63,930 nt of DNA, filler included, from Lama guanicoe (GCA_013239625.1; 210 parts of 210 records of this genome joined end to end with filler, not necessarily neighbours in it); one strand, 5' to 3'; counted from the whole stretch's first letter, positions 11,781 to 24,993 are shown. Program-made: numbers and translations. Notes: generated from the sequence alone by a model not told the origin.

Positions 11781-12490
11781 NNNNNNNNNNNNNNNNNNNN
11801 NNNNNNNNNNNNNNNNNNNNNNNNTTAATTAATTAANNNNNNNNNNNNNNNNNNNNNNNNNNNNNNNNNNNNNNNNNNNNTCCTTAAGAGTTTAGCTAAT
11901 GATCCTTGATTAGAGTGCCCATATCTATGACTACACCAATCTCCTTAATCCAGCAAACTGAGAGGAGTAATTCCCCTAAGCAAAATATTTAAGGAGGTGC
12001 TAAGAGGTAGAAAGCATGATCATAGACCTTCATTGAAACTGCTGACTGCTCCCCTCATTCCCTTCATGCTTTCCAGAGTATTTTTNNNNNNNNNNNNNNN
12101 NNNNNNNNNNNNNNNNNNNNNNNNNNNNNTTAATTAATTAANNNNNNNNNNNNNNNNNNNNNNNNNNNNNNNNNNNNNNNNNNNNGGCTCTGAGCATTAC
12201 TTCTGTTCTCTGATTTCACGTTAGCAAACCGCCTCCCAGGAGGTGAGACGTCCTGGTAGCATCCGGAGAAAGGAGTAGTGACTAACGACAGGTGTCTCAG
12301 AGTGGGGTGGGCAGCTTCTGTTTATACCGAAACCATAGTGCGTGCTTTTGTAAATACGTTTTTCCCCCACACAGACGGCATTCATGGGAGNNNNNNNNNN
12401 NNNNNNNNNNNNNNNNNNNNNNNNNNNNNNNNNNTTAATTAATTAANNNNNNNNNNNNNNNNNNNNNNNNNNNNNNNNNNNNNNNNNNNN

Positions 12491-12695
12491 ACTTGTTCCA
12501 ACTGTTACTTATAAACTAGTAAGTTCGTACTGTAATACCCGAGTCATGACTCAGTTTAAAATGAAGCCATGAGATCTCTAGTTATGTCTCTTTATATGTC
12601 TGTGTGTACACAATACATATGTGAAATAAATTTCGTATTTTATGGTAAAACAAGAAAAATTTAAACCTAGAAAATTCTTCTCTGCCCTTTGGCCT
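12491..12695 (+). mobile_element. Possible ERV1 internal non-coding fragment
   Basis: CTTATAAACTAGTAAGTT...TTTAAAATGAAGCCATGAGATCTCT resembles recalled MER4-group internal sequence. Confidence 0.35.
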
Positions 12696-13405
12696 NNNNN
12701 NNNNNNNNNNNNNNNNNNNNNNNNNNNNNNNNNNNNNNNTTAATTAATTAANNNNNNNNNNNNNNNNNNNNNNNNNNNNNNNNNNNNNNNNNNNNATTTG
12801 AAACAGCATTTTCAAGAAAATAATTCACTTTGTCAAGATTTTATAAGCAACCAGTACAGAGTTGTACTTGGTATACTATAGTTTAAAAAATTCTCCATAA
12901 TTATAATAATATCTCCTTTACATTCTAACTTTGTCCATTTGTGTACTACTTTTATTATATTCATGAGAAATTAGTCTATTATTATTTTTCAAAGAATTTG
13001 NNNNNNNNNNNNNNNNNNNNNNNNNNNNNNNNNNNNNNNNNNNNTTAATTAATTAANNNNNNNNNNNNNNNNNNNNNNNNNNNNNNNNNNNNNNNNNNNN
13101 GGAGTGGCTTAGTCTCAGCCGGCCCGCGTTCTTTCTAGAACTGCTCCAGTTCTGGCAGGGCACGGTTCCTCAGAGCCAGGTGTCCGCTGAATATTGTGGC
13201 CAGTTTACTAAGTCAGCGATTTGTCAGGATAGGTGAAGGCTGCAGAAGAAAGCATAAATTCCTCTCCAGCGGGCACCACACTGTTCACGATTCACAGAGC
13301 AGGGANNNNNNNNNNNNNNNNNNNNNNNNNNNNNNNNNNNNNNNNNNNNTTAATTAATTAANNNNNNNNNNNNNNNNNNNNNNNNNNNNNNNNNNNNNNN
13401 NNNNN

Positions 13406-13610
13406 AGGATATTATGAAGATAAAAATTAAAACTAATGAAATAGGAAAAAATATACAAAAGATGAGGGTAAACAAAGTCAAGTTCTCTGAAGACTTGCAA
13501 GAGGCAAAAAGCTGAAGAAGAAGAGATAAGGTGCAAATAAACAACACCAGTAGAGAAAAAGGGAACCAAATTACTGATGCCAAAGAGAATAAAAAATTAG
13601 GGACGTACTA
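13406..13610 (+). mobile_element. Degenerate L1 ORF2 fragment (EN-RT linker)
   Basis: QINNTSREKGNQITDAKENKK resembles QINNIRNEKGDITTDPTEIK; A-rich sense strand. Confidence 0.65.
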
Positions 13611-14015
13611 NNNNNNNNNNNNNNNNNNNNNNNNNNNNNNNNNNNNNNNNNNNNTTAATTAATTAANNNNNNNNNNNNNNNNNNNNNNNNNNNNNNNNNN
13701 NNNNNNNNNNGTAGGAACAACTTGGAACACAGAGTCTGGCATAGACTCTGCTCTCTGCCTTGAAGTTAAAAATGGATTAAATTTCTCAATAACTATTAAT
13801 TCTTCTCTTCCCTTCAATATTATGTTCCATTATATTCAGAACATCTTGATTAAGTTCACAGGGAATTGTGGAGTGTATTTAGAATCACTTCTATTTAAAG
13901 TGGGTAAGTGTTAAGNNNNNNNNNNNNNNNNNNNNNNNNNNNNNNNNNNNNNNNNNNNNTTAATTAATTAANNNNNNNNNNNNNNNNNNNNNNNNNNNNN
14001 NNNNNNNNNNNNNNN

Positions 14016-14220
14016 CTGTGTTGAGGTATGTTTCCTCATGCCCAATTTGAGGAGAAATATAATCATAAACAGTTACTGAATTGTCAAAATATTTTTATGA
14101 CTCTATTGTTGTGACAATTTAATTTTTAGTCTTCAATTTGTTAGTGTGTTGTATCATATTGATTAATTTGAAGGTAATGTATCACTTTTGCATCCCTGGA
14201 ATAAAAGGGACTTAATCATA
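14016..14220 (-). mobile_element. L1 ORF2 reverse transcriptase fragment
   Basis: GTTGAGGTATGTTTCCTC...TGTATCATATTGATTAATTTG...TTGCATCCCTGGAATAAA (antisense of FIPGMQ). Confidence 0.85.
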
Positions 14221-15644
14221 NNNNNNNNNNNNNNNNNNNNNNNNNNNNNNNNNNNNNNNNNNNNTTAATTAATTAANNNNNNNNNNNNNNNNNNNNNNNN
14301 NNNNNNNNNNNNNNNNNNNNCAGAAGCAGGTGAACATAGGAGGCATGAGGGCTGTGAAATGGGGAGTCAATCACTGCTGTTTAGGGTGAGGGGAGATGAT
14401 AGCCATGGGTGGAACACAGGTTCTCATATATTATGTTCCAAACCTCTCCTACTAGAGGGACCAGCCCTGTTTCCAACAGTTCTGGGGAAATGGGAGAGTT
14501 ATTTGGGCTGTGTGCTTTATTGACTNNNNNNNNNNNNNNNNNNNNNNNNNNNNNNNNNNNNNNNNNNNNTTAATTAATTAANNNNNNNNNNNNNNNNNNN
14601 NNNNNNNNNNNNNNNNNNNNNNNNNGTTCCTAGAGATGGGCCATTATGTATAATTGAAGCTTACAGGCGACATCTCTTGAGTGATTGACTTGCAGCAAAA
14701 ACAATAGAACACAAAAGTTAAACAGACCCACTATGGAGTTGGACTTGTTCTTCCCTGTTACAAAACTAGTAGCGTTCCCATGGATGTCAGTTTCTGTAGT
14801 ATTAAAAATAATTTCTGTTAATGAGATCTTNNNNNNNNNNNNNNNNNNNNNNNNNNNNNNNNNNNNNNNNNNNNTTAATTAATTAANNNNNNNNNNNNNN
14901 NNNNNNNNNNNNNNNNNNNNNNNNNNNNNNAAAAGCAGTTTTATACATAATTGAGGTCAGGAATGTGGAAATGCTTTATAAACTTTGAAGTACCCAAGAT
15001 TTAGAGCTGAATCTGCAACCGCAGGTACAGGCCGAGAGTCTCTCCTGGGGCCTGGGCAGAGGGTCATGGAGAGGATCTCCGTCACGCTCGGTGGGGCTGG
15101 GCCGCCCTGACCCACTGGCTCCCCCGGCACATCTCNNNNNNNNNNNNNNNNNNNNNNNNNNNNNNNNNNNNNNNNNNNNTTAATTAATTAANNNNNNNNN
15201 NNNNNNNNNNNNNNNNNNNNNNNNNNNNNNNNNNNCTTTGCATTTTGTAAGGGCCCTGGAATCAACATTGCCCCTGCTTGACTTACAGTTATGGTTTTCA
15301 GCAAGCTCATCAGGGTTCTGAAGCCAAACATAGACTGGGCTAGTGTTTTCCATGCCAGGTGTTCCAGACTGGACTTCATTCAAGACTCACCTAAAGCTAA
15401 AAGTTGGAGTCAGATTTTTTTCCTGTCTTAACTACTCTACNNNNNNNNNNNNNNNNNNNNNNNNNNNNNNNNNNNNNNNNNNNNTTAATTAATTAANNNN
15501 NNNNNNNNNNNNNNNNNNNNNNNNNNNNNNNNNNNNNNNNTATTTTATTTTCAAAAGTTTTATTCAATTTATTTAAACTAAGACAACAAAAAACAAACAA
15601 CAACAACAACAAAAAATAAACCAAAAAAAAAAACCCAAGAAACA

Positions 15645-15745
15645 GTTCACCAGTGGAACCATCTGGTCCTGGGTTTTGTTGGGATGTTTTGATTACTGAG
15701 TCAATCTCTTTACTCCTTATTGGTCTGTTGAGATTTTTTATTTCT
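15645..15745 (-). mobile_element. L1 ORF2 fragment (SPGPDGFTGEF region)
   Basis: TTCACCAGTGGAACCATCTGGTCCTGGG is antisense PGPDGSTGE. Confidence 0.8.
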
Positions 15746-16258
15746 NNNNNNNNNNNNNNNNNNNNNNNNNNNNNNNNNNNNNNNNNNNNTTAATTAATTA
15801 ANNNNNNNNNNNNNNNNNNNNNNNNNNNNNNNNNNNNNNNNNNNNACCAAGCCTGAACCCTGACAAATAAGTGGAGATAGAGGACTGCTGGGGATACCAC
15901 CCTCCAAGGGTGGCCTCAGCAGAAGGCACGGGTTTCTCTGTAAACTTGCAAGTGGAACTCCTGAATCGTAAGCTTGGCATTTTGGGGCTCAGCTGTCAAG
16001 AACGTGAGCCAGGGGTAGCCAGAAGTGGCCAGTTTCCCAGCAGCCCGTTCNNNNNNNNNNNNNNNNNNNNNNNNNNNNNNNNNNNNNNNNNNNNTTAATT
16101 AATTAANNNNNNNNNNNNNNNNNNNNNNNNNNNNNNNNNNNNNNNNNNNNGCAGAAGCATACTGAGATTTGTTTAAAACTGGATCACTACGTAACTCTGC
16201 AAAGACAGCTTTGCGACTTTCTCCAAATGTGTACAGCTCTGTGTGTGTCTTAAGAACA

Positions 16259-16355
16259 CAGGCACACCTTGTTTTACTGAGCTTCAAAGACTCTGCATTT
16301 TTACAAACTGAGGGTTTGTGGCAACCCTGCATCAAGCAAATTTATTGGTGCCATT
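16259..16355 (+). mobile_element. Tigger1-family 5' terminus (TIR and subterminal sequence)
   Basis: CAGGCACACCTTGTTTTA...TTTTTACAAACTGAGGGTTTGTGGCAACCCTGCATCAAGCAA; homologous to the start of 9747-9951. Confidence 0.85.
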
Positions 16356-16809
16356 NNNNNNNNNNNNNNNNNNNNNNNNNNNNNNNNNNNNNNNNNNNNT
16401 TAATTAATTAANNNNNNNNNNNNNNNNNNNNNNNNNNNNNNNNNNNNNNNNNNNNAAAGCTTTAAAGAATACATTAAATTATGTTGACAGATAAAACCAT
16501 AAATGTCCCATCTAGTTGAGTTTGTCTTGTTTCAATGACCTCACGTAGGACTTCCATGCATCCATCCATGGACACCACAGAGGAGTCCGTTTATCTGAGT
16601 CTACATGGTATTTCTTTGTTTTTATTTTCCTTTTTGACTTGTCAGCTGTTCACACCTTCTNNNNNNNNNNNNNNNNNNNNNNNNNNNNNNNNNNNNNNNN
16701 NNNNTTAATTAATTAANNNNNNNNNNNNNNNNNNNNNNNNNNNNNNNNNNNNNNNNNNNNGGAGTTGATGATGGAGTTGATACAGAGGAAGACATTGAAA
16801 GAGGACCAG

Positions 16810-16965
16810 AGTTGCTATCTACTGCTGCATTACCTTTGGGTCAAGAATTTAGATAGGGCTCAGTGGGGATGGCTTGTCATTGTTCCATGGTGTCTGGAGT
16901 CTCAGCTGGGGAACCTCAAATGACCAGAAGTGATGAATGGAACCATTTGGAAGTTCTTCTTTCTC
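16810..16965 (-). mobile_element. Old MaLR (MLT1-type) LTR fragment
   Basis: GGGTCAAGAATTTAGATAGGGCTCAGTGGGGATGGCTTGTC...GTGTCTGGAGTCTCAGCTGGG. Confidence 0.6.
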
Positions 16966-17065
16966 NNNNNNNNNNNNNNNNNNNNNNNNNNNNNNNNNNN
17001 NNNNNNNNNTTAATTAATTAANNNNNNNNNNNNNNNNNNNNNNNNNNNNNNNNNNNNNNNNNNNN

Positions 17066-17269
17066 TCTTCTTTATCCAGTCATCTGTTGATGGACATTTA
17101 GGGTGTTTCCATGTGTTGGCTATTGTAAATATTGCTGCCGTGAACATTGGGGTGCATGTATCTTTTTGAATTTATAAGGTTCCCTCTGGATATATACCCA
17201 GGAGTGGGATTGCTGGATCCTATGGTAAGTCTATTCCTAGTTTTCTGAGGAATCTCCATACTGTTTTCC
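17066..17269 (-). mobile_element. Relatively young L1 ORF2 C-terminal fragment
   Basis: Antisense encodes KTVWRFLRKLGIDLP*DPAIPLLGIYPEGTL...DTCTPMFTAAIFTIANTWKHPKCPSTDDWIKK. Confidence 0.93.
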
Positions 17270-17369
17270 NNNNNNNNNNNNNNNNNNNNNNNNNNNNNNN
17301 NNNNNNNNNNNNNTTAATTAATTAANNNNNNNNNNNNNNNNNNNNNNNNNNNNNNNNNNNNNNNNNNNN

Positions 17370-17574
17370 TCACACCCAGTTCATCACTAAGTTCTATCAT
17401 TTCTATCTTCAAAACAGATGCAGACTTCGCTCCCATCTTTCCAGCTTCCCCACTGCCACGCTAGTCCTTGTCTCCATCATTTTGTTTCCTCATAAGTGAT
17501 CTACCTGTGGCTACTCTTGTTCTTACTCCTTCCATATAAACATTCCTAAAACCAGGGCCAATGAGATTTTTTTT
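17370..17574 (+). mobile_element. L2 fragment
   Basis: CATCACTAAGTTCTATCATTTCTATCTTCAAAAC...CCCCACTGCCACGCTAGTCC...CCATCAT. Confidence 0.6.
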
Positions 17575-17979
17575 NNNNNNNNNNNNNNNNNNNNNNNNNN
17601 NNNNNNNNNNNNNNNNNNTTAATTAATTAANNNNNNNNNNNNNNNNNNNNNNNNNNNNNNNNNNNNNNNNNNNNCGTGAACTTAACGGTCATTATGGAAA
17701 ACTGAAAAGCACATTTCCCACGGTGATCGCCCCTCCCGTGTATTCATGCGATGTTCTTCAAGTATATTGAGGAACTCTGAAAAATCAGCAGTTAATACTG
17801 AGAGAAAATTTTGAGAATTAAGTAAAACAACCTATTCACATCATTCACGCATTCTTCAGAGTTCTCCAATTAGAATTTTNNNNNNNNNNNNNNNNNNNNN
17901 NNNNNNNNNNNNNNNNNNNNNNNTTAATTAATTAANNNNNNNNNNNNNNNNNNNNNNNNNNNNNNNNNNNNNNNNNNNN

Positions 17980-18184
17980 GAAAGGGCAGGAGAAGGAAGA
18001 TGACTCTATGAAAGAAATGAGAGGCAGGTCAGTGGCTGAGGAAAATGTCACACACACTAATGCAGGAGGCCTTCCAGAGGCACAGACAGGGGAAGTAAGG
18101 TACGGCAGACAGGTCTAGTGAGGTAAGGACTGGGTGAGACCCACTGGATTTGACTGTAATTAGCTCACTGGTGAGCGCAGGTCA
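17980..18184 (-). mobile_element. L2 fragment
   Basis: AGGTCTAGTGAGGTAAGGACTG...CCACTGGATTTG...TCACTGGTGA. Confidence 0.6.
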
Positions 18185-18894
18185 NNNNNNNNNNNNNNNN
18201 NNNNNNNNNNNNNNNNNNNNNNNNNNNNTTAATTAATTAANNNNNNNNNNNNNNNNNNNNNNNNNNNNNNNNNNNNNNNNNNNNCATATCTCTGAAAATG
18301 TTGAGGTTTGTTAAGTAGGAAACAAAGTGAGGCAGGATGACTTGCGATGGGATTGAATCTTCTACCTTCCGTGCAAATCCCCAGAGCTCACAGTACCTGG
18401 CACATACAATGTGCTCAATAAATGATTATTGAATGGGAATGGTGTTCTTAGAGGCTGAACTAGACGAAGGTTAGGGAGCTTATTAGGGANNNNNNNNNNN
18501 NNNNNNNNNNNNNNNNNNNNNNNNNNNNNNNNNTTAATTAATTAANNNNNNNNNNNNNNNNNNNNNNNNNNNNNNNNNNNNNNNNNNNNAGTCCTCTCTG
18601 TAAGGCATCTTATAGGAGGCCATTAAGAACATCTCATGAAAAAAAAAAAAGCCATCTCCTCACACTTTCAAATGGTACACATCACCTCCTCCCCCAAGTT
18701 ACATTGTCTTGGAGAAGAAGGAAAGAAAGTCAGAGTGTGAGTACCCATGAGTAAGTGTGCACAGGTTAGTTTTTGTGATTGGTTTGTTTCAGTGNNNNNN
18801 NNNNNNNNNNNNNNNNNNNNNNNNNNNNNNNNNNNNNNTTAATTAATTAANNNNNNNNNNNNNNNNNNNNNNNNNNNNNNNNNNNNNNNNNNNN

Positions 18895-19099
18895 TGGTGT
18901 GATTGCTGTAGCTAAGACTTCCAAAACTATGGTGAATAAAAGTGGTCAGAGGGCATCTTTGTCACGTTCATGATCTCAGAGGAAATATTTTCAGCTTTCC
19001 ACTATTCAGTTTGATGCTAGTTGTGGATTTGTCATATACAGTTTTTAATTATGTTGAGGTGTATTCCCATTACACCCACTTTCTGGAGAATTTTTTTTT
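18895..19099 (-). mobile_element. L1 ORF2 reverse transcriptase fragment
   Basis: Antisense encodes KLKIFPLRS*T*QRCPL*PLLFTIVLEVLATAI (RT RQGCPLSP region). Confidence 0.9.
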
Positions 19100-19199
19100 N
19101 NNNNNNNNNNNNNNNNNNNNNNNNNNNNNNNNNNNNNNNNNNNTTAATTAATTAANNNNNNNNNNNNNNNNNNNNNNNNNNNNNNNNNNNNNNNNNNNN

Positions 19200-19404
19200 T
19201 ATATATATATATATATATATATTTGAAAGTTAACAACTCCAACACGGTTTTACAGTGTAAACTGAAGGAACTTCATTCTGGCACTAGGAAACAGTCTGAG
19301 AAACCAGAGAAATTGTTCCCTGGAATCCCTTTCCGTTTGTGCTTTATGAATGGAAGTGTCTCCACATGCTCAGTGCTGAGAGTTAAGTGTGTGTGAAAGC
19401 CGTC
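19200..19404 (-). repeat. ~250-bp tandem satellite family, copy B, abutting a (TA)n run
   Basis: Reverse complement CTTTCACACACACTTAACTCTCAGCACTGAGCATGTGGAG...CAGTTTACACTGTAAAACC aligns with 28348-28552 and 37802-38006. Confidence 0.8.
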
Positions 19405-19504
19405 NNNNNNNNNNNNNNNNNNNNNNNNNNNNNNNNNNNNNNNNNNNNTTAATTAATTAANNNNNNNNNNNNNNNNNNNNNNNNNNNNNNNNNNNNNNNN
19501 NNNN

Positions 19505-19709
19505 AAAAAAGAAACAGATACAGAGAACGAACTAGTGGTTACCAGTGGGGAGACAGATGAGGGGGTACCAGGGTGGGGGATTAAGAGATACAAACCATTA
19601 GGCATAAAATAAGCTGTAAGGATGTACAGTACAACACAGGGAATACAGCCAATATTTTATAGTTACTATAAACAGAGCCTAACCTTTAAAAATTGTGAAT
19701 CACTATACT
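19505..19709 (+). mobile_element. Artiodactyl-type L1 3' UTR
   Basis: ACAGAGAACGAACTAGTGGTTACCAGTGGGGAG...GTACAACACAGGGAATACAGCCAATATTTTATA...AACCTTTAAAAATTGTGAATCACTAT. Confidence 0.85.
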
Positions 19710-20114
19710 NNNNNNNNNNNNNNNNNNNNNNNNNNNNNNNNNNNNNNNNNNNNTTAATTAATTAANNNNNNNNNNNNNNNNNNNNNNNNNNNNNNNNNNN
19801 NNNNNNNNNCCCAACCGACTTTTTTTCTGTTTAGAAGGAGTAGTGCCTCCCTTCAAGTGGTATTATATAAATCTCTAAATTAAGTTCTGAAATTTTCTTC
19901 TAAAAGGTGCTGCATATAGGCTAGGCAGTAGGTGGAAAAGTATATTGGAAAGGCCTAATTGCTTCTATTAAAAATAACTCATGCTTTGGTAAAGCAATCT
20001 TTCCACAGTGTGTCNNNNNNNNNNNNNNNNNNNNNNNNNNNNNNNNNNNNNNNNNNNNTTAATTAATTAANNNNNNNNNNNNNNNNNNNNNNNNNNNNNN
20101 NNNNNNNNNNNNNN

Positions 20115-20319
20115 ATTCTGTAAGTTGTCTTTTGGTTTTGTTGATGGTATCCTGAGCTATGCAAAAGCTTTTAAATTTAATTAGATCCCATTAGTTTATT
20201 TTTGCTGTAATTTCCATTACTCTAAGAGCTGGTTCAAAAAATATATTGCTGTGATTTATGTCCAAGAGTATTCTGCCTATATTTTCCTCTAGGAGTTTTA
20301 TAGTATCTGGTCTTACATT
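20115..20319 (-). mobile_element. L1 ORF2 fragment
   Basis: Antisense NVRPDTIKLLEENIGRILLDINHSNIFF...INxWDLIKFKSFCIAQDTINKTKRQLTE. Confidence 0.92.
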
Positions 20320-22009
20320 NNNNNNNNNNNNNNNNNNNNNNNNNNNNNNNNNNNNNNNNNNNNTTAATTAATTAANNNNNNNNNNNNNNNNNNNNNNNNN
20401 NNNNNNNNNNNNNNNNNNNTATTCCCGAGTTTCTCCATCAACACTCAGTTGCTATGTCTGTAGTAGATAAATAGTAGAATGTAAGAAAGATTTAAAATAT
20501 GTTTTTAAAAGAATAACTTAAAATTGAAAACATTCAGTTTGTTAGTTTACTTTCCCTGCCCCTCAGGGAAAGACCCTTGTTATTTAATCCTAGCAGAATA
20601 GTTTGAGAACCACCTGTACAGGGANNNNNNNNNNNNNNNNNNNNNNNNNNNNNNNNNNNNNNNNNNNNTTAATTAATTAANNNNNNNNNNNNNNNNNNNN
20701 NNNNNNNNNNNNNNNNNNNNNNNNCGTAATGCCCTGTGCTGCACACCACGTAACTAGATCTTCCACGGCTGCAGTTCAGCTTGCCACCAGAGGCCCTTCT
20801 CTTCAAGAGTACAAAGCACTCAGCGGCTCAGTGGGCGCTGAAATAAAACGCATCTGGGAGCGTATCTCTCCATTTTAAACTACGTATTAACCCTTTTTAG
20901 AGAATGTTGCTGAAAGGGCACCCCACAGGNNNNNNNNNNNNNNNNNNNNNNNNNNNNNNNNNNNNNNNNNNNNTTAATTAATTAANNNNNNNNNNNNNNN
21001 NNNNNNNNNNNNNNNNNNNNNNNNNNNNNCAAGGAACCTATGACCCAGTTGCAGAGAAAAGGCTGATATGGGGAACAACCTGAGAACAATTTTTAGACAC
21101 AATCTGTGCACCCTCCCTGAGCGCTACAACCTGCTTCACCCGCTTCCCGGTCTCCTCCTGAATTCCTGCGATCCTCACTGGGATGCTCCCATTTGCAAGG
21201 CATCGTGGCAACCGCTGAGCATTGAGTTTCCCAGNNNNNNNNNNNNNNNNNNNNNNNNNNNNNNNNNNNNNNNNNNNNTTAATTAATTAANNNNNNNNNN
21301 NNNNNNNNNNNNNNNNNNNNNNNNNNNNNNNNNNTCTATGCCTTCTCTGTCCACAGCCCCACTGAGTTTACTGTTTAATCACACCCCGTTTACCTCATTG
21401 GCCACACAAGTTCCAAATTTCTTAGTTTTTTTTCTTGAATAAATGGGCTCCTGGAGGGTAAAAATGGTGTCATTTTAAGAAAAAAAAATTATAATTTAAG
21501 GCCACTTTAAAGAATCTATCATTTTGGTCGGGAGGGTATNNNNNNNNNNNNNNNNNNNNNNNNNNNNNNNNNNNNNNNNNNNNTTAATTAATTAANNNNN
21601 NNNNNNNNNNNNNNNNNNNNNNNNNNNNNNNNNNNNNNNTAAGATCCTATAATGGCAAGATGATCCTTTGAATTGGAGAAACTTCTAAACTGGTAAGATT
21701 TTAGAACATTCTCATTATAAACAACTGTTTTATTGGTACCAAATTACAAGGTGGATCCAAAGAAATATAATGGCTAACTTTGAGGGCTCCCTTAAAAAAC
21801 AAAACAAAACAAAAAGTTAAAGAAGCTTTATCAAAGTTGCCATCNNNNNNNNNNNNNNNNNNNNNNNNNNNNNNNNNNNNNNNNNNNNTTAATTAATTAA
21901 NNNNNNNNNNNNNNNNNNNNNNNNNNNNNNNNNNNNNNNNNNNNCTGAGACCCAGAGAGGTAAGGAGTTTACCTTCTTCAAGATAATTTTCAAGGATCTC
22001 CAGCCTGAT

Positions 22010-22149
22010 GAGTTCAACCATGCAAGAAATATTTGCTGAGAGTCTGTTTGGGGCCGGCACTGTGCTGAGCTTGGGAAGGGCATGAATAAGGCAAACCGGC
22101 GCCTTCTCTGCCCTCATAGAGCTTACATTCTACCAGGGAGGCCGTCAGT
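22010..22149 (-). mobile_element. L2 3' end fragment
   Basis: AAATATTTGCTGAG...GGCACTGTGCTGAGC...CTGCCCTCATAGAGCTTACATTCTA. Confidence 0.75.
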
Positions 22150-22859
22150 NNNNNNNNNNNNNNNNNNNNNNNNNNNNNNNNNNNNNNNNNNNNTTAATTA
22201 ATTAANNNNNNNNNNNNNNNNNNNNNNNNNNNNNNNNNNNNNNNNNNNNCCATCATGGGATCCACAAATCAGTTGTCAGTTAAACACTGTTTCTTAGTTC
22301 AAGGAAATTATTTTATTATGAGATGTTCCAGCTTCCATAATTGTACTCCTGTTACACTGTGACGCAGTCCAAACTCCAGGAAGACCGATTAGAACCCAAC
22401 AGCTGCAACTGCTCGGTAGCAAGGACTTAACTAGACACGGCTCGATGCTCACTGNNNNNNNNNNNNNNNNNNNNNNNNNNNNNNNNNNNNNNNNNNNNTT
22501 AATTAATTAANNNNNNNNNNNNNNNNNNNNNNNNNNNNNNNNNNNNNNNNNNNNAAAGGAACTCATTTCCTTTTGTCATTCTATCTGCATTGTTTGGATC
22601 GCTGTCTCACCATGGTCTACATTTAAGGTTATGAGTTCGGTAGTTTTAATAAAACTGCCTTTTTTTGATTAATACAATTGTTTTTGTTCTTAGGTATAGT
22701 GAATAAAGTATAACCAAAGTGAAAAAGAAAATCCCAGTTACATATGGCATTTGTCTCTCNNNNNNNNNNNNNNNNNNNNNNNNNNNNNNNNNNNNNNNNN
22801 NNNTTAATTAATTAANNNNNNNNNNNNNNNNNNNNNNNNNNNNNNNNNNNNNNNNNNNN

Positions 22860-23063
22860 CATTTAGGTTGCTTCCATGTCTTGGCTATTGTGAATAGTGC
22901 TGCTATGAGTGTTGGGGTGCATGTATCTTTTCAAATTAGAGTTTTCGTCTTTTCCAGATATATGTTGGATCATATGGTAACTCTATTTTTAATTTTTAAA
23001 GGAACCTTCACATGGTTTTCTATAGTGGCTGCACCAATTTACATTCCCACCAACAGTGTAGGA
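22860..23063 (-). mobile_element. L1 ORF2 C-terminal fragment
   Basis: CATTTAGGTTGCTTCCATGTCTTGGCTATTGTGAATAGTGCTGCTATGA...GCACCAATTTACATTCCCACCAACAGTGTA. Confidence 0.92.
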
Positions 23064-24078
23064 NNNNNNNNNNNNNNNNNNNNNNNNNNNNNNNNNNNNN
23101 NNNNNNNTTAATTAATTAANNNNNNNNNNNNNNNNNNNNNNNNNNNNNNNNNNNNNNNNNNNNAATAACTTCTATTAAAAATATGGGAAAACCACCAAGA
23201 ATATTGGTTATACGGTCCCCTCAAAAGTAGAGATATTTTCGTGAAATTAGGAGTATGGAAACGAAGTAGAACTGAGGAAGCTAGTTTTGTCATTTTTATT
23301 GGGGGGAGGGGTCCCTGGGACTCTCTGCATTTCTGTGAATCCTAAGAGAAGTCTTGAAAAATAGTAAANNNNNNNNNNNNNNNNNNNNNNNNNNNNNNNN
23401 NNNNNNNNNNNNTTAATTAATTAANNNNNNNNNNNNNNNNNNNNNNNNNNNNNNNNNNNNNNNNNNNNTAATGCTCTAAAATGTCAGGCATCAGGAAATG
23501 AAAATGTTTTTAAAAGTGTTCACTGGAAACTTTAAGAACTGATTCTCACAGATTCATAGAATATTATGCAATTTTTATAGACTGACATGAAAAAAAGGGT
23601 TAACTTGTTTGTTTTCATTTTCTTAAAAATTGGATCTTAAAATTTATGACAGATGATGGATCACAGGACTGTTNNNNNNNNNNNNNNNNNNNNNNNNNNN
23701 NNNNNNNNNNNNNNNNNTTAATTAATTAANNNNNNNNNNNNNNNNNNNNNNNNNNNNNNNNNNNNNNNNNNNNTTTGCCACAGCCACACCAATGGCTGAA
23801 TATAAGAGAATGTCTACACTGTGTGAGGAAACAGGGGGTGAGCCAAGCTCTTACACCCATCCTGTTCTCATGCCAATGTAAAATCGAAACTTAACATGAG
23901 GAACTTACTGAATACAACACACATGGACACTTTCTGAAAGTAAACGAATTAACAAAGAAACCCAGGCAACGAATGGATNNNNNNNNNNNNNNNNNNNNNN
24001 NNNNNNNNNNNNNNNNNNNNNNTTAATTAATTAANNNNNNNNNNNNNNNNNNNNNNNNNNNNNNNNNNNNNNNNNNNN

Positions 24079-24893
24079 GACTAATTAAAGATTTAAATAA
24101 AATCTTTGACATATATTCAATTTATATGTTGATGAGCGTCATGATTTACCTTTCTGAAAAATATATCCGGTAACAGATAATTTTTAAGACCTGTTGTGAA
24201 ATATATGCATTCTCTCAACCTTCAACAAATTACGAACTACCACTCTGTGCCAAGAACTTTTAAAATTTCATGCTGTCATGAAGNNNNNNNNNNNNNNNNN
24301 NNNNNNNNNNNNNNNNNNNNNNNNNNNTTAATTAATTAANNNNNNNNNNNNNNNNNNNNNNNNNNNNNNNNNNNNNNNNNNNNGTCTCTTTTTCCCAGTT
24401 GCAAGAGTCCTGAATAAGATACATATTTTTTTTAACCATTTTGACTACCGTCCATCTCTGTTTTTTCTTTGACAGAGCACATAATTTTTGTCAAAATTTT
24501 CTGTGACTACTTTTACTATTTATATTCCAACAATTGACAGACAGACAGACAGATGGATAGATATCAGTCAGTTATCAGATACATATCTNNNNNNNNNNNN
24601 NNNNNNNNNNNNNNNNNNNNNNNNNNNNNNNNTTAATTAATTAANNNNNNNNNNNNNNNNNNNNNNNNNNNNNNNNNNNNNNNNNNNNGACTAATTAAAG
24701 ATTTAAATAAAATCTTTGACATATATTCAATTTATATATTGATGAGCGTCATGATTTACCTTTCTGAAAAAAATATCCGGTAACAGATAATTTTTAAGAC
24801 CTGCTGTGAAATATATGCATTCTCTCAACCTTCAACAAATTACAAACTACCACTCTGTGCCAAGAACTTTTAAAATTTCATGCTGTCATGAAG
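24079..24893 (+). repeat. Near-identical contig pair 3 (24079-24283 / 24689-24893), assembly bubble
   Basis: 4 substitutions; 49 identical bases at each end. Confidence 0.95.
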
Positions 24894-24993
24894 NNNNNNN
24901 NNNNNNNNNNNNNNNNNNNNNNNNNNNNNNNNNNNNNTTAATTAATTAANNNNNNNNNNNNNNNNNNNNNNNNNNNNNNNNNNNNNNNNNNNN

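Noticed and set aside
20780..20800. CTCF-like motif GCCACCAGAGGCCC
   Set aside because: Partial match only; such matches are expected by chance in 43 kb and cannot be supported without ChIP data.
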